Counted from the stretch's first letter, positions 1-11,185 are shown. The stretch is 64,000 nucleotides of DNA from an uncultured Gammaproteobacteria bacterium (GCA_964645605.1 CAZYCE010000002.1:3256-67255); one strand, 5' to 3'. Numbers and translations: made by a program. Notes: generated by a model not told the origin, from the letters alone.

Positions 1-936
1 TGAGGCAGAAGCGCTTGTTCCTTGAAGGTGGGCAACATCATAGCATTCAATCCTATTTAGTTTTTTTATCTCAAGTCCAAATTTATTTAAAATACTTATT
101 AACGCCCCAAGCTCTTTTCCCCTGACGTCCTCATATAAATTAGGATTTTGTAAATAGGAATCAGTTGAAGTTCTCGGATTGATTATATAGTCCAGTTTCC
201 GGATTTTATCGCGTAAGATACTGGCTTGTTCAAAACTTTGTGAATCGGAATATGCTTTCATTTCCGCCTCAAGCCTTCTTTTTACCAAATTTGGCTTTCC
301 ATCAAGTAGTGAGCGCAAATTTCTAATGTTTTTTAAATAGATTGTTCTTTTGGCGGCCTTTATTGCAGGGTTTGCACTTTCTTCAATTTCATTTGGACAG
401 GGATTGCAAAGTCCCAATTGTGAGTAAAGACACGGCCTTTTGCCTATTTTGTGGTCGGAGTAAGGAAAAACCCTTCTTACGGTTTTAAGAACAGATTTTA
501 CACTTATTGATGAGGGAAAGGGTCCGTAAATAGAAATGCTTTGAATTTTGTTAAGATCCGGCTTTCTAAGGGTTATCACGCGGGGGTATTTTTCCTTGGT
601 TATCTCTATATAAAGAGGATTTTTATCGTCTTTAGAAACAATATTAAATTTTGGTTGGTAATTTTTAATTAATTTAGCCTCTAAAAGCAATGCCTCGAGC
701 TCATTTGCAACTTTGATATAAGAAATTTCCTGAGCCTCACCCATCATGTGGGCTGTTTTTGTCTCTAGTTTAAGTCTAAAATATGAAGCTACTCTTTTTT
801 TTAAATTAATTGCTTTACCTACATATATTGGATAACCATTTTTGAAATAAATATACACTCCGGGTGTATCCGGAAAATCCAGGTAAACCCTAGGGCTTAA
901 TTTGATCTTTTGTAGTTTGGTTATCAACTTTTCCAT
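1..936 (-). CDS. uvrC: Excinuclease ABC subunit C, GIY-YIG nuclease (partial, runs off the left edge)
   Basis: Not in the ORF track. Manual translation from ATG 936 gives MEKLITKLQKIKLSPRVYLDFPDTPGVYIYFKNGYPIYVGKAINLKKRVASYF...ELEALLLEAKLIKKYQPKFN, then RIECYDVAHLQG near the edge. It lies downstream of uvrA. Confidence 0.9.
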   Translation of the reverse strand, partial: MEKLITKLQKIKLSPRVYLDFPDTPGVYIYFKNGYPIYVGKAINLKKRVASYFRLKLETKTAHMMGEAQEISYIKVANELEALLLEAKLIKNYQPKFNIVSKDDKNPLYIEITKEKYPRVITLRKPDLNKIQSISIYGPFPSSISVKSVLKTVRRVFPYSDHKIGKRPCLYSQLGLCNPCPNEIEESANPAIKAAKRTIYLKNIRNLRSLLDGKPNLVKRRLEAEMKAYSDSQSFEQASILRDKIRKLDYIINPRTSTDSYLQNPNLYEDVRGKELGALISILNKFGLEIKKLNRIECYDVAHLQGTSASAS

Positions 937-2791
937 CGCCAATCTTTTCAGAAGGCCTTATTTTAGCAAATCTGGCAAAGATATTTATTTTTTTAACCTT
1001 CAGAAAAATATAAAGCATTATCAGAAGCAAAACGATCAAGGCAATTGCAAGACTGTCTACAACTATTTGCTTTTTGTTGGTAAGAACTTGCGCTTCACTC
1101 GATCCGACCGAGACTTTAATTACATTAGGCATATCCTTGCCTAAAAAACTATGTTTAAGGGTAAGATCAATTTGATTTTTGGAAAATGGAGGAAGAATAC
1201 TGATTGACTCTCTCGCCTTTTGGGTTAAATCGTAATATATGGTTGGATATACGGAATAAAGAGCTACCGGCCCGGGATTGGAAATGGTTACCTTATATAT
1301 GCTGCTAAAAAAGGGAAGTGTTCTAAGAGGCTCTATTGACACCTTAGGGTTAGAAATTTTGCCATTCGGTAATGTTCCAAATGATACATAAACATCTTTT
1401 TGTGGGTTGGGACCAAGTTTGTATGATCCGGGTGGGTATGGTTCTCGGGGACTTTTTCCGTGGATTACAAAAGCAAAATGCCTTAGATCCAGTTTATTAA
1501 AAAAATCAACTCCTCCGGTAGTAGAACCCCAGGTTGGATCAATTGGAATCCAGACACCCTTATCCTTGTCGTAATATTCAGGCCATGAATGAAGCACGTC
1601 TGCTACAAGCCCCAACGGTTGAAGATCTGGGTTTTCAGTATATGCATATCCGTTTATCTCGCGGGCCGGAATACCGGCCGCCCTGGCGATCGCGATAAAA
1701 AGGTCGGTAAATTCCATACAAATGGCTTGCGACGGATTTTTAAGGGCCTCAACCGCCCCCATTCTCTGGACATTCGGCTGAACACGTTCGACTGAATAGT
1801 TTAAAGTTTTTGAAACATAATCATAAATGGCCTTAGGCGTTTTAAGCTGGCGTGCAAGCTCTTGTATTTTAGGGTCATTTACTTGCCAGTATTCGGTTTC
1901 GGCAAGATCGTCATTAAGTTCTTGATTGGATGGTTTGGTAAAACTTCTATAACTTGCAAAAATTTGTACAGCTCCGGTAACGGTTACATCCACCCTTTCT
2001 CTTGGAGATAAATCAAAAAGAGCCATCCAATTTCCGTCTTGGTCAATAATTACATTTGTTGGTTTAGGTTCAATTTTTTGAATATACACCTTCTGAAATG
2101 CGGTATCGGGGGGCAAGGCTATTTGTGTAGTTGAGGATTTAGACAACGGATTTTCAAGATGATAGGCGAGATTAAAAGAAAATATCTGAAATTGACCAAA
2201 CCCGGCGCTAACACCTGTCTTCATTAAGCTTTCCTTCGAAAAAATATATAAATAGCCCGTTTCATTTTGCTCTTTGGATAAAGGCGAAGGCGAAATATAT
2301 GCTTCAAGTCCGAAACTTTTGGGAATTTTGAGTGTTAACCGATAATTTCTAAAATTACTATCATCACCCAGTTTGGGAATAGACACCTCCCAAATCTCTC
2401 CGGTTCTTACCGCAAAACTTGTATTTTCGTAAGAAATTGAGAAATGTCTTTGAACACCCCTTCCCACACTTGTATCGGAAAACGTAACTTTTATATTTGT
2501 AATATTTCCATTCTTTTGAACGTCAACCGGAAAAACCACATTGGAATCGCTCATAGCCTTTATATTGGTTGCATCAATGTTTTCAAGACCAAGTGTGTAT
2601 GAAGTTGCGTAAAAATCTGAAAAATTATTCTCAAGCGTAACATTATGGGTGACAATAGCTCTCCCGTTATCTTGAATGTTATAGATAACATTTGAGTCAA
2701 CTGAAAATTCACCCTCGGCCTTAACGGGCGCACCAATTACTAAGAATATGAAACTGAAAACTGTGAGGAAAAAATACTTTAAAAACTTCAT
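890..2791 (-). CDS. Membrane-anchored transglutaminase-like (Cys-His-Asp) domain protein
   Basis: N-terminal signal-like segment; motifs AICMEFTDLFIAIARAAGIPAR, LHSWPEYY and WIPIDPTW; C-terminal transmembrane helix. Confidence 0.85.
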   Translation of the reverse strand: MKFLKYFFLTVFSFIFLVIGAPVKAEGEFSVDSNVIYNIQDNGRAIVTHNVTLENNFSDFYATSYTLGLENIDATNIKAMSDSNVVFPVDVQKNGNITNIKVTFSDTSVGRGVQRHFSISYENTSFAVRTGEIWEVSIPKLGDDSNFRNYRLTLKIPKSFGLEAYISPSPLSKEQNETGYLYIFSKESLMKTGVSAGFGQFQIFSFNLAYHLENPLSKSSTTQIALPPDTAFQKVYIQKIEPKPTNVIIDQDGNWMALFDLSPRERVDVTVTGAVQIFASYRSFTKPSNQELNDDLAETEYWQVNDPKIQELARQLKTPKAIYDYVSKTLNYSVERVQPNVQRMGAVEALKNPSQAICMEFTDLFIAIARAAGIPAREINGYAYTENPDLQPLGLVADVLHSWPEYYDKDKGVWIPIDPTWGSTTGGVDFFNKLDLRHFAFVIHGKSPREPYPPGSYKLGPNPQKDVYVSFGTLPNGKISNPKVSIEPLRTLPFFSSIYKVTISNPGPVALYSVYPTIYYDLTQKARESISILPPFSKNQIDLTLKHSFLGKDMPNVIKVSVGSSEAQVLTNKKQIVVDSLAIALIVLLLIMLYIFLKVKKINIFARFAKIRPSEKIGDGKVDNQTTKDQIKP

Positions 2792-2810
2792 GACTAAGTA
2801 TAACCTAAAA

Positions 2811-5732
2811 TTATTTCAGATACTGCCCCGTGTACGAAGATTTAGACTTAGCTAGATCGGACGGTTTCCCTGTTGCTACAACATATCCTCCCGCATCTCC
2901 ACCTTCGGGTCCCAAATCGATTATCCAATCACTGTTTTTAACTACATCCAGGTTATGCTCGATCACGAATACGGAATTGCCCTTCTGTACGAGCAGTTTA
3001 AGTACTTTGAGAAGCTTTTCTACATCTGCAAAATGGAGGCCTGTTGTAGGCTCGTCCAGAATATATACGGTTCTTCCAGTTGCACGTCTTGAAAGCTCTG
3101 CTGCCAACTTTACCCTTTGTGCCTCACCTCCGGAAAGGGTCGTAGCAGGCTGGCCCAGCTCCATATAACCAAGCCCCACCAAGGAAAGCGTTTCCAATTT
3201 TTGCTCAATCTGAGGATGTGCGTGAAAAAACTCCAGTGCTTCATCAACAGTCATCCCTAAAACTTCTGCAATATTTTTACCTCTATATGTAACCTCAAGT
3301 GTTTGGGCATTGTAGCGTTTTCCGTGACAAACATCGCAGGTTATCCAAATATCACTCATAAACTGCATTTCTATCTTAATTTGTCCCTGTCCCTCACAAG
3401 CCTCACACCTTCCCCCTCTGACGTTAAAAGAAAACCTCCCTTTCTTAAATCCTAAAGTTTTAGACTCTCGTGTTGCCGTAAATACATCACGTATAGGGTC
3501 AAAAAGTCCCGTATATGTGGCCGGATTGCTTCTGGGCGTTCTTCCAATCGGACTTTGATCTATCAAAATAGCCTTATCTATATAATCCAAACCTTCTACT
3601 TTTTTGTACCCACTGGTTTCACCTCTATAGTTTGGGTTAAGCTCCTTCTGCAAGGCTGGGTAAAGCGTATCAACAAGAAGCGTTGATTTTCCGGATCCCG
3701 ATACTCCTGTTATCGAAACAAGCCTTTGAAGCGGAAATTCAACATTGATATTTTTAAGATTGTATTTGTCGGCACCTATAAGTTTTAATATTTCGTTATG
3801 ATTAAATGAGAACTGTTGTGATCCTAAAATAACCTTCTTTTTACCCGATAGATATTTTCCGGTAATAGAATTAGGATTGGCTTTAATTTGGATAGGGGTA
3901 CCCGTTGCAACAACCTCTCCGCCCTTTTTTCCTGCACCTGGACCGAAGTCGGCTATAAAATCGGATTGGTTCATCATTTCGGCATCATGCTCCACAACTA
4001 TGACGGTGTTACCCAAATCTCTGAGTTTTTTAAGCGTATCGATTAGTTTTTGATCATCTTTCGGGTGAAGCCCGATGGTGGGTTCATCAAGAACATAGAG
4101 TACCCCCGTCAAACCGGATCCTATCTGACTTGCCAGTCTGATTCTTTGGGATTCGCCTCCGGAAAGAGAACCCGCAACTCTATTCAATGTTAAATATTCA
4201 AGTCCTACAGAAACCAAAAAATTAAGTCTTCCGACAGTCTCTTTGATAATAAGTCTCGATATTTCTTTCTCCCTAGCGTTTGTAACGTCTGTTCCCGAAA
4301 GACTTTCTATCCAATTGATGGATTTAATTATTGAAAATGCCGTAACTTCGGCAATAGATAACCCTCCAATTGTAATAGAGAGAGCCTCTTTCTTAAGTCT
4401 TGTCCCGTTGCAATTCGGACAAATCCTCTCTCTCATATATTTTCTGATTTCATCTTTTACCCAATCACTGTCACTCTCGTTATATTTTCTTTCAAGTTCG
4501 GCAACAAAACCACTGAACTTCTCGTAAATATAAGTCTCGTTCCCAAATCTATTGGTACCGTAAACTTTATACAGCCTATCTCCTGTACCGTTAAGCAGTA
4601 TATTTATATTTTCTTGTGATAAGTTCTTAATCGGTGTTCTCATATCTATTTTGTTTTCCTCACACATTTGCTTGATTATTCTTCCATACCATGTTTCGTG
4701 TTCAAAAGTATTTGCGAAAGGTAAAATCCCACCTTCGTTAATGGTAAGTTCCGGAGAAAATATCAAATCAGGTTCAACTTTCAAAATCTTACCCAAACCT
4801 GCACACGTAGAACATGCTCCCTGAGGCGAGTTAAATGAAAAGGTTCTTGGTTCTATTTCCGGAAGACTTATGTTGTCGACCGGACAAGCAAAACGCTCGG
4901 AAAAAAGATGGTCCTCGAATTTTTTTGGGTATGCCGGCACGGTAAACTCCTTATCTAAAATTTGCGCAAAAACGACAAGTCCTTCCGAAAGATTTAAGGC
5001 TTGCTGAATTGAATCGGCTAGTCTGTTTTTAAGTTCCGATTTTGATGGAATACCTTTATATCCCTTTTCCGTGACAATAATTTTGTCAATTACAGCCTCA
5101 ATTGTATGTTTATTTGTTTTAATAAGTATTAAATCCTCCGACAAATCATGAATATATCCATCTATTCTTACTTGCCTGTAACCCTTGCTCTTGAGATTTT
5201 CAAACAGTTGAGAAAACTCGCCTTTCCGTTCTTGAACAACGGGAGAAAGCACCAGAAACCAGGCCTTTTTATTTATTTTTATTGTATCTTCAATCAGTTT
5301 TTGTGCCTGATCGACTATCTGGTCGATTGTTTGGTGCGATATTTCCCTTCCGCATATTGGGCAATGAGGATGCCCTATTCTGGCAAATAAGAGCCTTAAA
5401 TAATCGTATATTTCAGTAACAGTACCCACTGTTGAGCGTGGATTGTGAGAAGTTGTTTTTTGATCGATTGATATGGCAGGAGATAAACCTTCTATTGAAT
5501 CTACGTCCGGTTTTTCCATAATTCCCAAAAACTGCCTCGCATAGCTTGAAAGAGACTCTACATAACGTCTTTGCCCTTCCGCATAAAGTGTATCGAAGGC
5601 CAGTGAACTTTTCCCGCTGCCCGAAACACCTGTTAAAACAACCAGCTTATTTTTGGGAATATCAAGATCAACATTTTTAAGATTATGTTGCCTGGCACCC
5701 CTAATTTTAATGAATTGATTAGATTGATCCAT
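2811..5732 (-). CDS. uvrA: Excinuclease ABC subunit A
   Basis: Two Walker A motifs (GVSGSGKS), LSGGE signatures and zinc-finger CxxC pairs. ATG 5732 is preferred over TTG 5750. Confidence 0.98.
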   Translation of the reverse strand: MDQSNQFIKIRGARQHNLKNVDLDIPKNKLVVLTGVSGSGKSSLAFDTLYAEGQRRYVESLSSYARQFLGIMEKPDVDSIEGLSPAISIDQKTTSHNPRSTVGTVTEIYDYLRLLFARIGHPHCPICGREISHQTIDQIVDQAQKLIEDTIKINKKAWFLVLSPVVQERKGEFSQLFENLKSKGYRQVRIDGYIHDLSEDLILIKTNKHTIEAVIDKIIVTEKGYKGIPSKSELKNRLADSIQQALNLSEGLVVFAQILDKEFTVPAYPKKFEDHLFSERFACPVDNISLPEIEPRTFSFNSPQGACSTCAGLGKILKVEPDLIFSPELTINEGGILPFANTFEHETWYGRIIKQMCEENKIDMRTPIKNLSQENINILLNGTGDRLYKVYGTNRFGNETYIYEKFSGFVAELERKYNESDSDWVKDEIRKYMRERICPNCNGTRLKKEALSITIGGLSIAEVTAFSIIKSINWIESLSGTDVTNAREKEISRLIIKETVGRLNFLVSVGLEYLTLNRVAGSLSGGESQRIRLASQIGSGLTGVLYVLDEPTIGLHPKDDQKLIDTLKKLRDLGNTVIVVEHDAEMMNQSDFIADFGPGAGKKGGEVVATGTPIQIKANPNSITGKYLSGKKKVILGSQQFSFNHNEILKLIGADKYNLKNINVEFPLQRLVSITGVSGSGKSTLLVDTLYPALQKELNPNYRGETSGYKKVEGLDYIDKAILIDQSPIGRTPRSNPATYTGLFDPIRDVFTATRESKTLGFKKGRFSFNVRGGRCEACEGQGQIKIEMQFMSDIWITCDVCHGKRYNAQTLEVTYRGKNIAEVLGMTVDEALEFFHAHPQIEQKLETLSLVGLGYMELGQPATTLSGGEAQRVKLAAELSRRATGRTVYILDEPTTGLHFADVEKLLKVLKLLVQKGNSVFVIEHNLDVVKNSDWIIDLGPEGGDAGGYVVATGKPSDLAKSKSSYTGQYLK

Positions 5733-6081
5733 TTTTATATGTCCTTGCAAGGATCAACCTTACAAGTGTATATAGTATTTTTTCACGCAAACCACCCGCC
5801 GGTTCTACCCGGTGGACAAGGAATTATAACATAGATTATTGACCGGATAACCTAGACTTACAAACCAAAATTTTTGGCACATTTGAGATACCTTGAAATC
5901 CCTGTCAGAATACCTGTAAGTGGTGTTTGACGACTAATGGTATTAGGGAGATCGAATCCACCACCCTAAATGTAGGATAGACAAACAGAATGCCGATAGA
6001 AAAGGGTTCGGATAAACTAAGCTCTAACCCGGAAAGCTATGTTGTTCAGAGAAAAAATAAAAATAAAAGTTCTGGGGTTAA

Positions 6082-8130
6082 TTACAGATTTATCTCCTTT
6101 ATCTTGTCCCTAATTTCCGCTGCAAGCTCGAAATTCAGGTCTTGGGCTGCGAGGCGCATTTCGGTGGTCAGATTTTTAACTAGACGTTTTTTCTCCATGG
6201 GGGTCATGGCGTCAATCTCCATATGAGGCAGGCTGGCAAAAATGGGTTCTTTTTCACCAAATATCCAAGGAGCTTTTTCTCCCTCGGACCTATCAATAAG
6301 CTTCTCGCGAATGGGCTTGGTGATGCTTATAGGCGTGATTCCGTGCTTTTTGTTGTAGGCAAGCTGGTACTTACGCCTGCGTTTGACTTCAGAAAGTGCT
6401 CTTTTCATGGAGCCGGTCATTCTATCGGCATACATAATAACGCGTCCCTCAACGTGTCTGGCGGCTCTACCCATCGTCTGGATAAGGGTTACGTCACTTC
6501 GGAGGAATCCCTCTTTATCTGCATCAAGAATAGCCACAAGACTTACCTCCGGAAGATCAAGGCCTTCACGAAGAAGGTTGATTCCTACCAAAACATCATA
6601 TTTTCCGCCCCTAAGATCATCTAAGATGTCCGTGCGGTCCAGAGTGGCCACATCCGAATGCAAATATTGCACCTTTAATCCCTGTTCGGATAAATAAGCA
6701 CTCAAATCCTCCGCCGTTTTCTTTGTAAGGGTGGTAACAAGCGTACGCTGTCCTTTGGCTGTTACTTTTTTGATCTCTTCAATTACATCGGCAACTTGGT
6801 TTTTGATCGGTCTAACATCAACTTCGGGATCCGGAATTCCCGTTGGACGAACCAGTAATTCCACAACCCCCGTCTCTGAGACCCCGCGGGTATAAGTCTT
6901 GGATAGTGATGTTTCCCACTTATTTGGAGTGGCCGAGCTGGCGATAAAATTCGGAATTCTTCTCATAAACTCATCGAATTTCAATGGTCTGTTATCAAGG
7001 GCAGAAGGTAGCCTGAAGCCGTAATCTATTAAAGTCTGTTTTCTGGCAAGGTCACCATTGTACATACCTCGTATTTGCGGAAAAGTCATATGGCTTTCAT
7101 CAACCATTAGTGTCCAGTTATCTTTGTACGGCTCGTTAAAATAGTCCAGAAGTGAAAACGGAGGGTCTCCGGGACTCCTTCCGTCAAAATATCTTGAATA
7201 ATTCTCGATCCCTTTTACGTAACCAACTTCTTTTATCATCTCAAGATCGTAGGTTACTTTTTGAGCAATTCTGTGCGCTTCCAGTTCTTTTCCCTGATTT
7301 TTTAATTCTTTAACTCTAAAATTTAAATCATTCATGATATTTTTAAATACCTCATCATAGTTTTCGGGGTCTGTCATAAAATGTTTGGCAGGATAAAGCA
7401 CGAAGGAAGTAGGATCGTAGCCGTCTTTAGTCGACATTTTTTCGCCGCTAACGGTATTTATCATTTCAATTTTAGCAATCACGTTTTCTGCAAATTCGAT
7501 ATGTACCCCCTGATCAAGATAGGCGGGGTAAACATCGACAGAATTCCCTCTAACACGGAATGTTCCCCTGTCAAACCCGAATTCACTTCTTTCATACTGC
7601 AGATCGACAATTCTATCGATAATTTGTTCTCGGGTGACTTTCATACCCTCCGTTATTTCCAGAACAAAATGGCCGTATTCAAGGGGAGAACCGATATTAT
7701 AAATACAGGAGACGGAGGCTACAACAATGGTATCCGTCCTGGTCAGCAAATTGGTTGTGGCAGCCAGGCGGAGTTTATCTATGGTTTCATTGATATCCGC
7801 ATCTTTTTCAATGTAAGTATCCGTTGATGGAATATAAGCCTCAGGCTGGTAGTAGTCATAATATGAAACAAAGTAAGAGACCGCATTTTCAGGAAAAAAA
7901 TCTCTTAGTTCCTGATAGAGCTGCGCTGCCAAGGTTTTATTATGAGAGATAATCAATGTAGGACGCTGGACTTTGGCTATCACATTCGCCAGGGTAAATG
8001 TTTTACCGGAACCCGTAACCCCAAGAAGAGTCTGGTATTTATCCCCTCGCATAATGGCATTGGAAAGAGATTCCACCGCCTTTTCTTGATCGGGGATCAT
8101 TCTGTATTCAGATTTTAGTTTAAATTTCAT
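6082..8130 (-). CDS. uvrB: Excinuclease ABC subunit B
   Basis: GVTGSGKT, YYDYYQPEAY, DESH and INLLREGLDLPEV motifs; C-terminal UVR domain. Confidence 0.98.
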   Translation of the reverse strand: MKFKLKSEYRMIPDQEKAVESLSNAIMRGDKYQTLLGVTGSGKTFTLANVIAKVQRPTLIISHNKTLAAQLYQELRDFFPENAVSYFVSYYDYYQPEAYIPSTDTYIEKDADINETIDKLRLAATTNLLTRTDTIVVASVSCIYNIGSPLEYGHFVLEITEGMKVTREQIIDRIVDLQYERSEFGFDRGTFRVRGNSVDVYPAYLDQGVHIEFAENVIAKIEMINTVSGEKMSTKDGYDPTSFVLYPAKHFMTDPENYDEVFKNIMNDLNFRVKELKNQGKELEAHRIAQKVTYDLEMIKEVGYVKGIENYSRYFDGRSPGDPPFSLLDYFNEPYKDNWTLMVDESHMTFPQIRGMYNGDLARKQTLIDYGFRLPSALDNRPLKFDEFMRRIPNFIASSATPNKWETSLSKTYTRGVSETGVVELLVRPTGIPDPEVDVRPIKNQVADVIEEIKKVTAKGQRTLVTTLTKKTAEDLSAYLSEQGLKVQYLHSDVATLDRTDILDDLRGGKYDVLVGINLLREGLDLPEVSLVAILDADKEGFLRSDVTLIQTMGRAARHVEGRVIMYADRMTGSMKRALSEVKRRRKYQLAYNKKHGITPISITKPIREKLIDRSEGEKAPWIFGEKEPIFASLPHMEIDAMTPMEKKRLVKNLTTEMRLAAQDLNFELAAEIRDKIKEINL

Positions 8131-8164
8131 AATCTATATTTTATCATGGAGACCAATGTCATAT

Positions 8165-8225
8165 TTTGGTAAATGTTTGGGTTTGAATAAGAAAGATCCA
8201 GTTGACGTTTTCGGGTAATGTTTGT
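8165..8225 (+). promoter_or_regulatory. Two candidate direct-repeat LexA operators
   Basis: TTTGG-taaatg-TTTGG (8165-8180) and TTCGG-gtaatg-TTTGT (8210-8225) lie in the uvrB/lexA divergent gap. The second sits between the lexA -35 and -10 boxes. Confidence 0.55.
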
Positions 8226-8230
8226 AACTT
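8202..8230 (+). promoter_or_regulatory. Sigma70-type promoter of lexA
   Basis: TTGACG-17 nt-TAACTT, ending 10 nt before ATG 8241. Confidence 0.6.
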
Positions 8231-8240
8231 ATATTTTAGT

Positions 8241-8864
8241 ATGGCACTTATCGTCTACCGGAAGCAACAGCAAATACTGGGTTTTATAAAGCAGTATATT
8301 GAACTCAATGGCTCGGCACCTACGTTAAAGCAAATTGCAAACGCAATAGGTGTTTCTTCTCTAGCAACGGTTCACGAGCATCTTCAATCACTTGAAGCAA
8401 AGGGGCTTATAAAGAGAAGGCAAGGAAAAGTACGCTCAATTGAGCTTATTGAAGGCGATACCGATTTAGTTAAGGCCGAAAACTTTAATGCACCCATCCT
8501 TGGCTTTATAGCTGCGGGGTCTCCGATCGAACCATATACAGATCCTAATGCAACCATGAGCATTCCCGTATCATTTGTTACCGGAAGCAAAAGAACATAC
8601 GTTCTTCAAGTGCGAGGTGAAAGCATGATTGAGGACGGAATTATGGATGGGGATAATGTAATTGTTGAACAAACCGAACAAGCCAAGGATGGAGATGTTG
8701 TTGTGGCGCTTCTGGATAACGGCATGGCTACACTCAAAAGATATTATAAAGAGGCAACTAGAATTAGACTTCAACCGGCCAACGCATCCATGCAACCAAT
8801 TTTTGTCAAAAATGTAAGAATTCAAGGAAAAGTTGTTGGACTTGTACGTAAATATAAGAATTAA
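8241..8864 (+). CDS. lexA: SOS repressor LexA
   Basis: Winged HTH (PTLKQIA...SLATVHEHL), Ala-Gly cleavage site IAAG, catalytic Ser (GESM) and Lys (TLKR). The track's TTG start at 8202 is the -35 box. Confidence 0.96.
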   Translation: MALIVYRKQQQILGFIKQYIELNGSAPTLKQIANAIGVSSLATVHEHLQSLEAKGLIKRRQGKVRSIELIEGDTDLVKAENFNAPILGFIAAGSPIEPYTDPNATMSIPVSFVTGSKRTYVLQVRGESMIEDGIMDGDNVIVEQTEQAKDGDVVVALLDNGMATLKRYYKEATRIRLQPANASMQPIFVKNVRIQGKVVGLVRKYKN

Positions 8865-8872
8865 TTACCCGA

Positions 8873-9502
8873 TTATACCTTTTCTTCTTTCTTGATGTGC
8901 TTCCAAATATAAACAACCACAAGTAGGACGAATATTCCGATGATCACAAATTGAAACTTTCTAAAATATGGTTCAACCAAACCCCAGTTCTGGCCAAGCT
9001 TAAGCCCTATAAAAGCTAGGACTCCGGACCAAATAAATGATCCTATGAATGTTAAAAGGCTAAAAAGTTTAATGTCCATGTTAGCAATTCCGGCAGGTAA
9101 TGAAATAAAGGTCCTAACTATCGGTAGTAAACGCGAGCCAAAAGTAATTCCCTGGCCATATTTGCCAAACCAGGATAAAGATTTATCGAATTCGCCTTCT
9201 CGGATAAGAAAATACTTTCCCCATTTTCTGATCGCCTTCCTTATCCATTCCTCCCCCATTTTTCTACCCAGCCAAAAGGCCAAAAGCGAACCAATGAGAT
9301 TACCCAAGGCACCAATAGCTATGACCACCCAAATATTTAAAATGCCTAAACCGCTTAAAAAACCTGCGAAAGTCATTGTTACCTCTGACGGTATTGGAAT
9401 AAGGCAGCTTTCGGCAGTCATAAAAACAAACACAGCCAAATAGCCGTACGCAGAAATAAAGGATGTCAAAAATTGACCCAAAGCTTCAGTAATATTAGAC
9501 AT
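8873..9502 (-). CDS. dedA: DedA family membrane protein
   Basis: ESCLIPIPSE and RLLPIVRTFISLPAG motifs. Confidence 0.92.
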   Translation of the reverse strand: MSNITEALGQFLTSFISAYGYLAVFVFMTAESCLIPIPSEVTMTFAGFLSGLGILNIWVVIAIGALGNLIGSLLAFWLGRKMGEEWIRKAIRKWGKYFLIREGEFDKSLSWFGKYGQGITFGSRLLPIVRTFISLPAGIANMDIKLFSLLTFIGSFIWSGVLAFIGLKLGQNWGLVEPYFRKFQFVIIGIFVLLVVVYIWKHIKKEEKV

Positions 9503-9520
9503 GATATAAGAGTATACTAA

Positions 9521-11185
9521 TTAAACTTCAAATTGTGAACCAATAAGATTTCTGCCTGTCATAACGGGGGGTATGGGAAGACCAAGAATGGCAAGGACGG
9601 TTGGTGCCACATCCGCAAGTATTCCGGAGGTCAAAGTAAGCGGATTCCCCAGTGTTTTTTGAGAAATTACCACAAAGGGTACGGGGTTGGAACTGTGCTC
9701 GGTTTCAATTGCACCTGTTGCAGGATCAATCATTTCCTCAACATTTCCATGGTCGGCGGTAATTAACATGCAACCACCGTAGGATAAAATGAAATCGCCA
9801 AATTTGCCAAGACATTCGTCAACCACCTCGCAGGCTCTAACGGCAGCCCCAATGTTTCCCGTATGTCCCACCATGTCGGGATTGGCAAAGTTTACCAACA
9901 CAAATTGGTACCGACCTTGGACCTTGATTTTAGAAAGAACATTTTCGGTGATCTCACGGGCACTCATTTCGGGTTTTAGGTCGTAAGTTGCAACTTTGGG
10001 AGAAGGAATAATTAGGCGTTCCTCACCATCAAAGGCAGATTCCTGTTGCCCGTTGAAATAAAATGTGACAAAACGTTCTTTTTCACTTTCCGAAACTTTA
10101 AGCTGTTTCATTCCCGAATTGGCAATTACGGCACTGAGTGGTATTTTGACAGTTTCTGGAGGGAAAGCTACCTTAGCCCCAGCCTCGACAATTGCTTTTT
10201 CGTATTGAGTCATGGTGGCAAAATATAAATTTTCAATTCTCTCGCCTCTATTAAAAGGCTCGGTGACGGGAGTTTGTACCGCCAGGTGGGTTTTTTGATA
10301 TCGAACCAAATACGGATCAAATCCAACGGGTAAATTTGCCTTTGTGAAATCGGGGAAAGTAAATGCACGGGTAAGCTGCCTTGGCCTGTCTATCCTGAAA
10401 TTAAAAAAGACAGCCGCGTCATTTGCCTTAATAATAGTTATAGGCTTTCCGTTGGCGTCAGTCATGATGCTTGGCTCAATAAACTCATCCGTCTTTCCCT
10501 CAGCATAAGAAGCATCAATTGCCTCTTCCGGCGTTTTGAAAAGTTGTCCTACTCCCCGTGTTAAGGCATAATAGGCTTTAGCCGTCCTATCCCAACGCAT
10601 ATCCCTATCCATCGCCCAGTATCTGCCACAAATTGAGGCAATTTTGCCAATACCGTTTCCATCAATTACCTCCCTGACTCTACTTATGTAAGTCTTAGCT
10701 GCAGTGGGGGGTGAATCCCTACCGTCGGTAAACAAGTGGAGATAAACTCTATCAAATTGGTGCTTATGGGCAAGCTCAATTAAAGCAAGCAAATGCTCCA
10801 TGTTGCTATGAACTCCGCCTGCCCCAATAAGACCCATCAAATGAAGGTTGCTATTATTAACTCTGGCGTGATCAATTGCCCCAATAAGTACGGGGTTTTC
10901 GTAAAACGCTCCGTCAGCAATAGACGTATTAATTCTTTGTAAGTCCTGATAAACAATTCGCCCTGCCCCAAGGTTCAGATGTCCGGTTTCGGTATTTCCT
11001 GCTTCGCCTCTTGGAAGACCGACTGACTCGCCCGATGCTTGAAGTTGTGTGTGGGGAAAACCCGCCATAAATTTCTGCATATTTGGTATGTTTGCCCGTG
11101 ACAATGGATTTCCGGCGCCAGCGGCCGAAATCCCCCATCCGTCTAAGACTACCAGAAGTACTAATTTTGAGGATTCACCTTCCAT
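9521..11185 (-). CDS. gpmI: 2,3-bisphosphoglycerate-independent phosphoglycerate mutase
   Basis: LDGWG, GNTETGH, GRYWAMDRD, NPDMVGHTG and TADHGN motifs. Confidence 0.96.
   Translation of the reverse strand: MEGESSKLVLLVVLDGWGISAAGAGNPLSRANIPNMQKFMAGFPHTQLQASGESVGLPRGEAGNTETGHLNLGAGRIVYQDLQRINTSIADGAFYENPVLIGAIDHARVNNSNLHLMGLIGAGGVHSNMEHLLALIELAHKHQFDRVYLHLFTDGRDSPPTAAKTYISRVREVIDGNGIGKIASICGRYWAMDRDMRWDRTAKAYYALTRGVGQLFKTPEEAIDASYAEGKTDEFIEPSIMTDANGKPITIIKANDAAVFFNFRIDRPRQLTRAFTFPDFTKANLPVGFDPYLVRYQKTHLAVQTPVTEPFNRGERIENLYFATMTQYEKAIVEAGAKVAFPPETVKIPLSAVIANSGMKQLKVSESEKERFVTFYFNGQQESAFDGEERLIIPSPKVATYDLKPEMSAREITENVLSKIKVQGRYQFVLVNFANPDMVGHTGNIGAAVRACEVVDECLGKFGDFILSYGGCMLITADHGNVEEMIDPATGAIETEHSSNPVPFVVISQKTLGNPLTLTSGILADVAPTVLAILGLPIPPVMTGRNLIGSQFEV

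Noticed and set aside
5990-6226. Plus-strand ORF whose first 13 nt match the PRTase start at 43625
   Set aside because: It runs antisense into uvrB and has no motif. The short match is plausibly chance.
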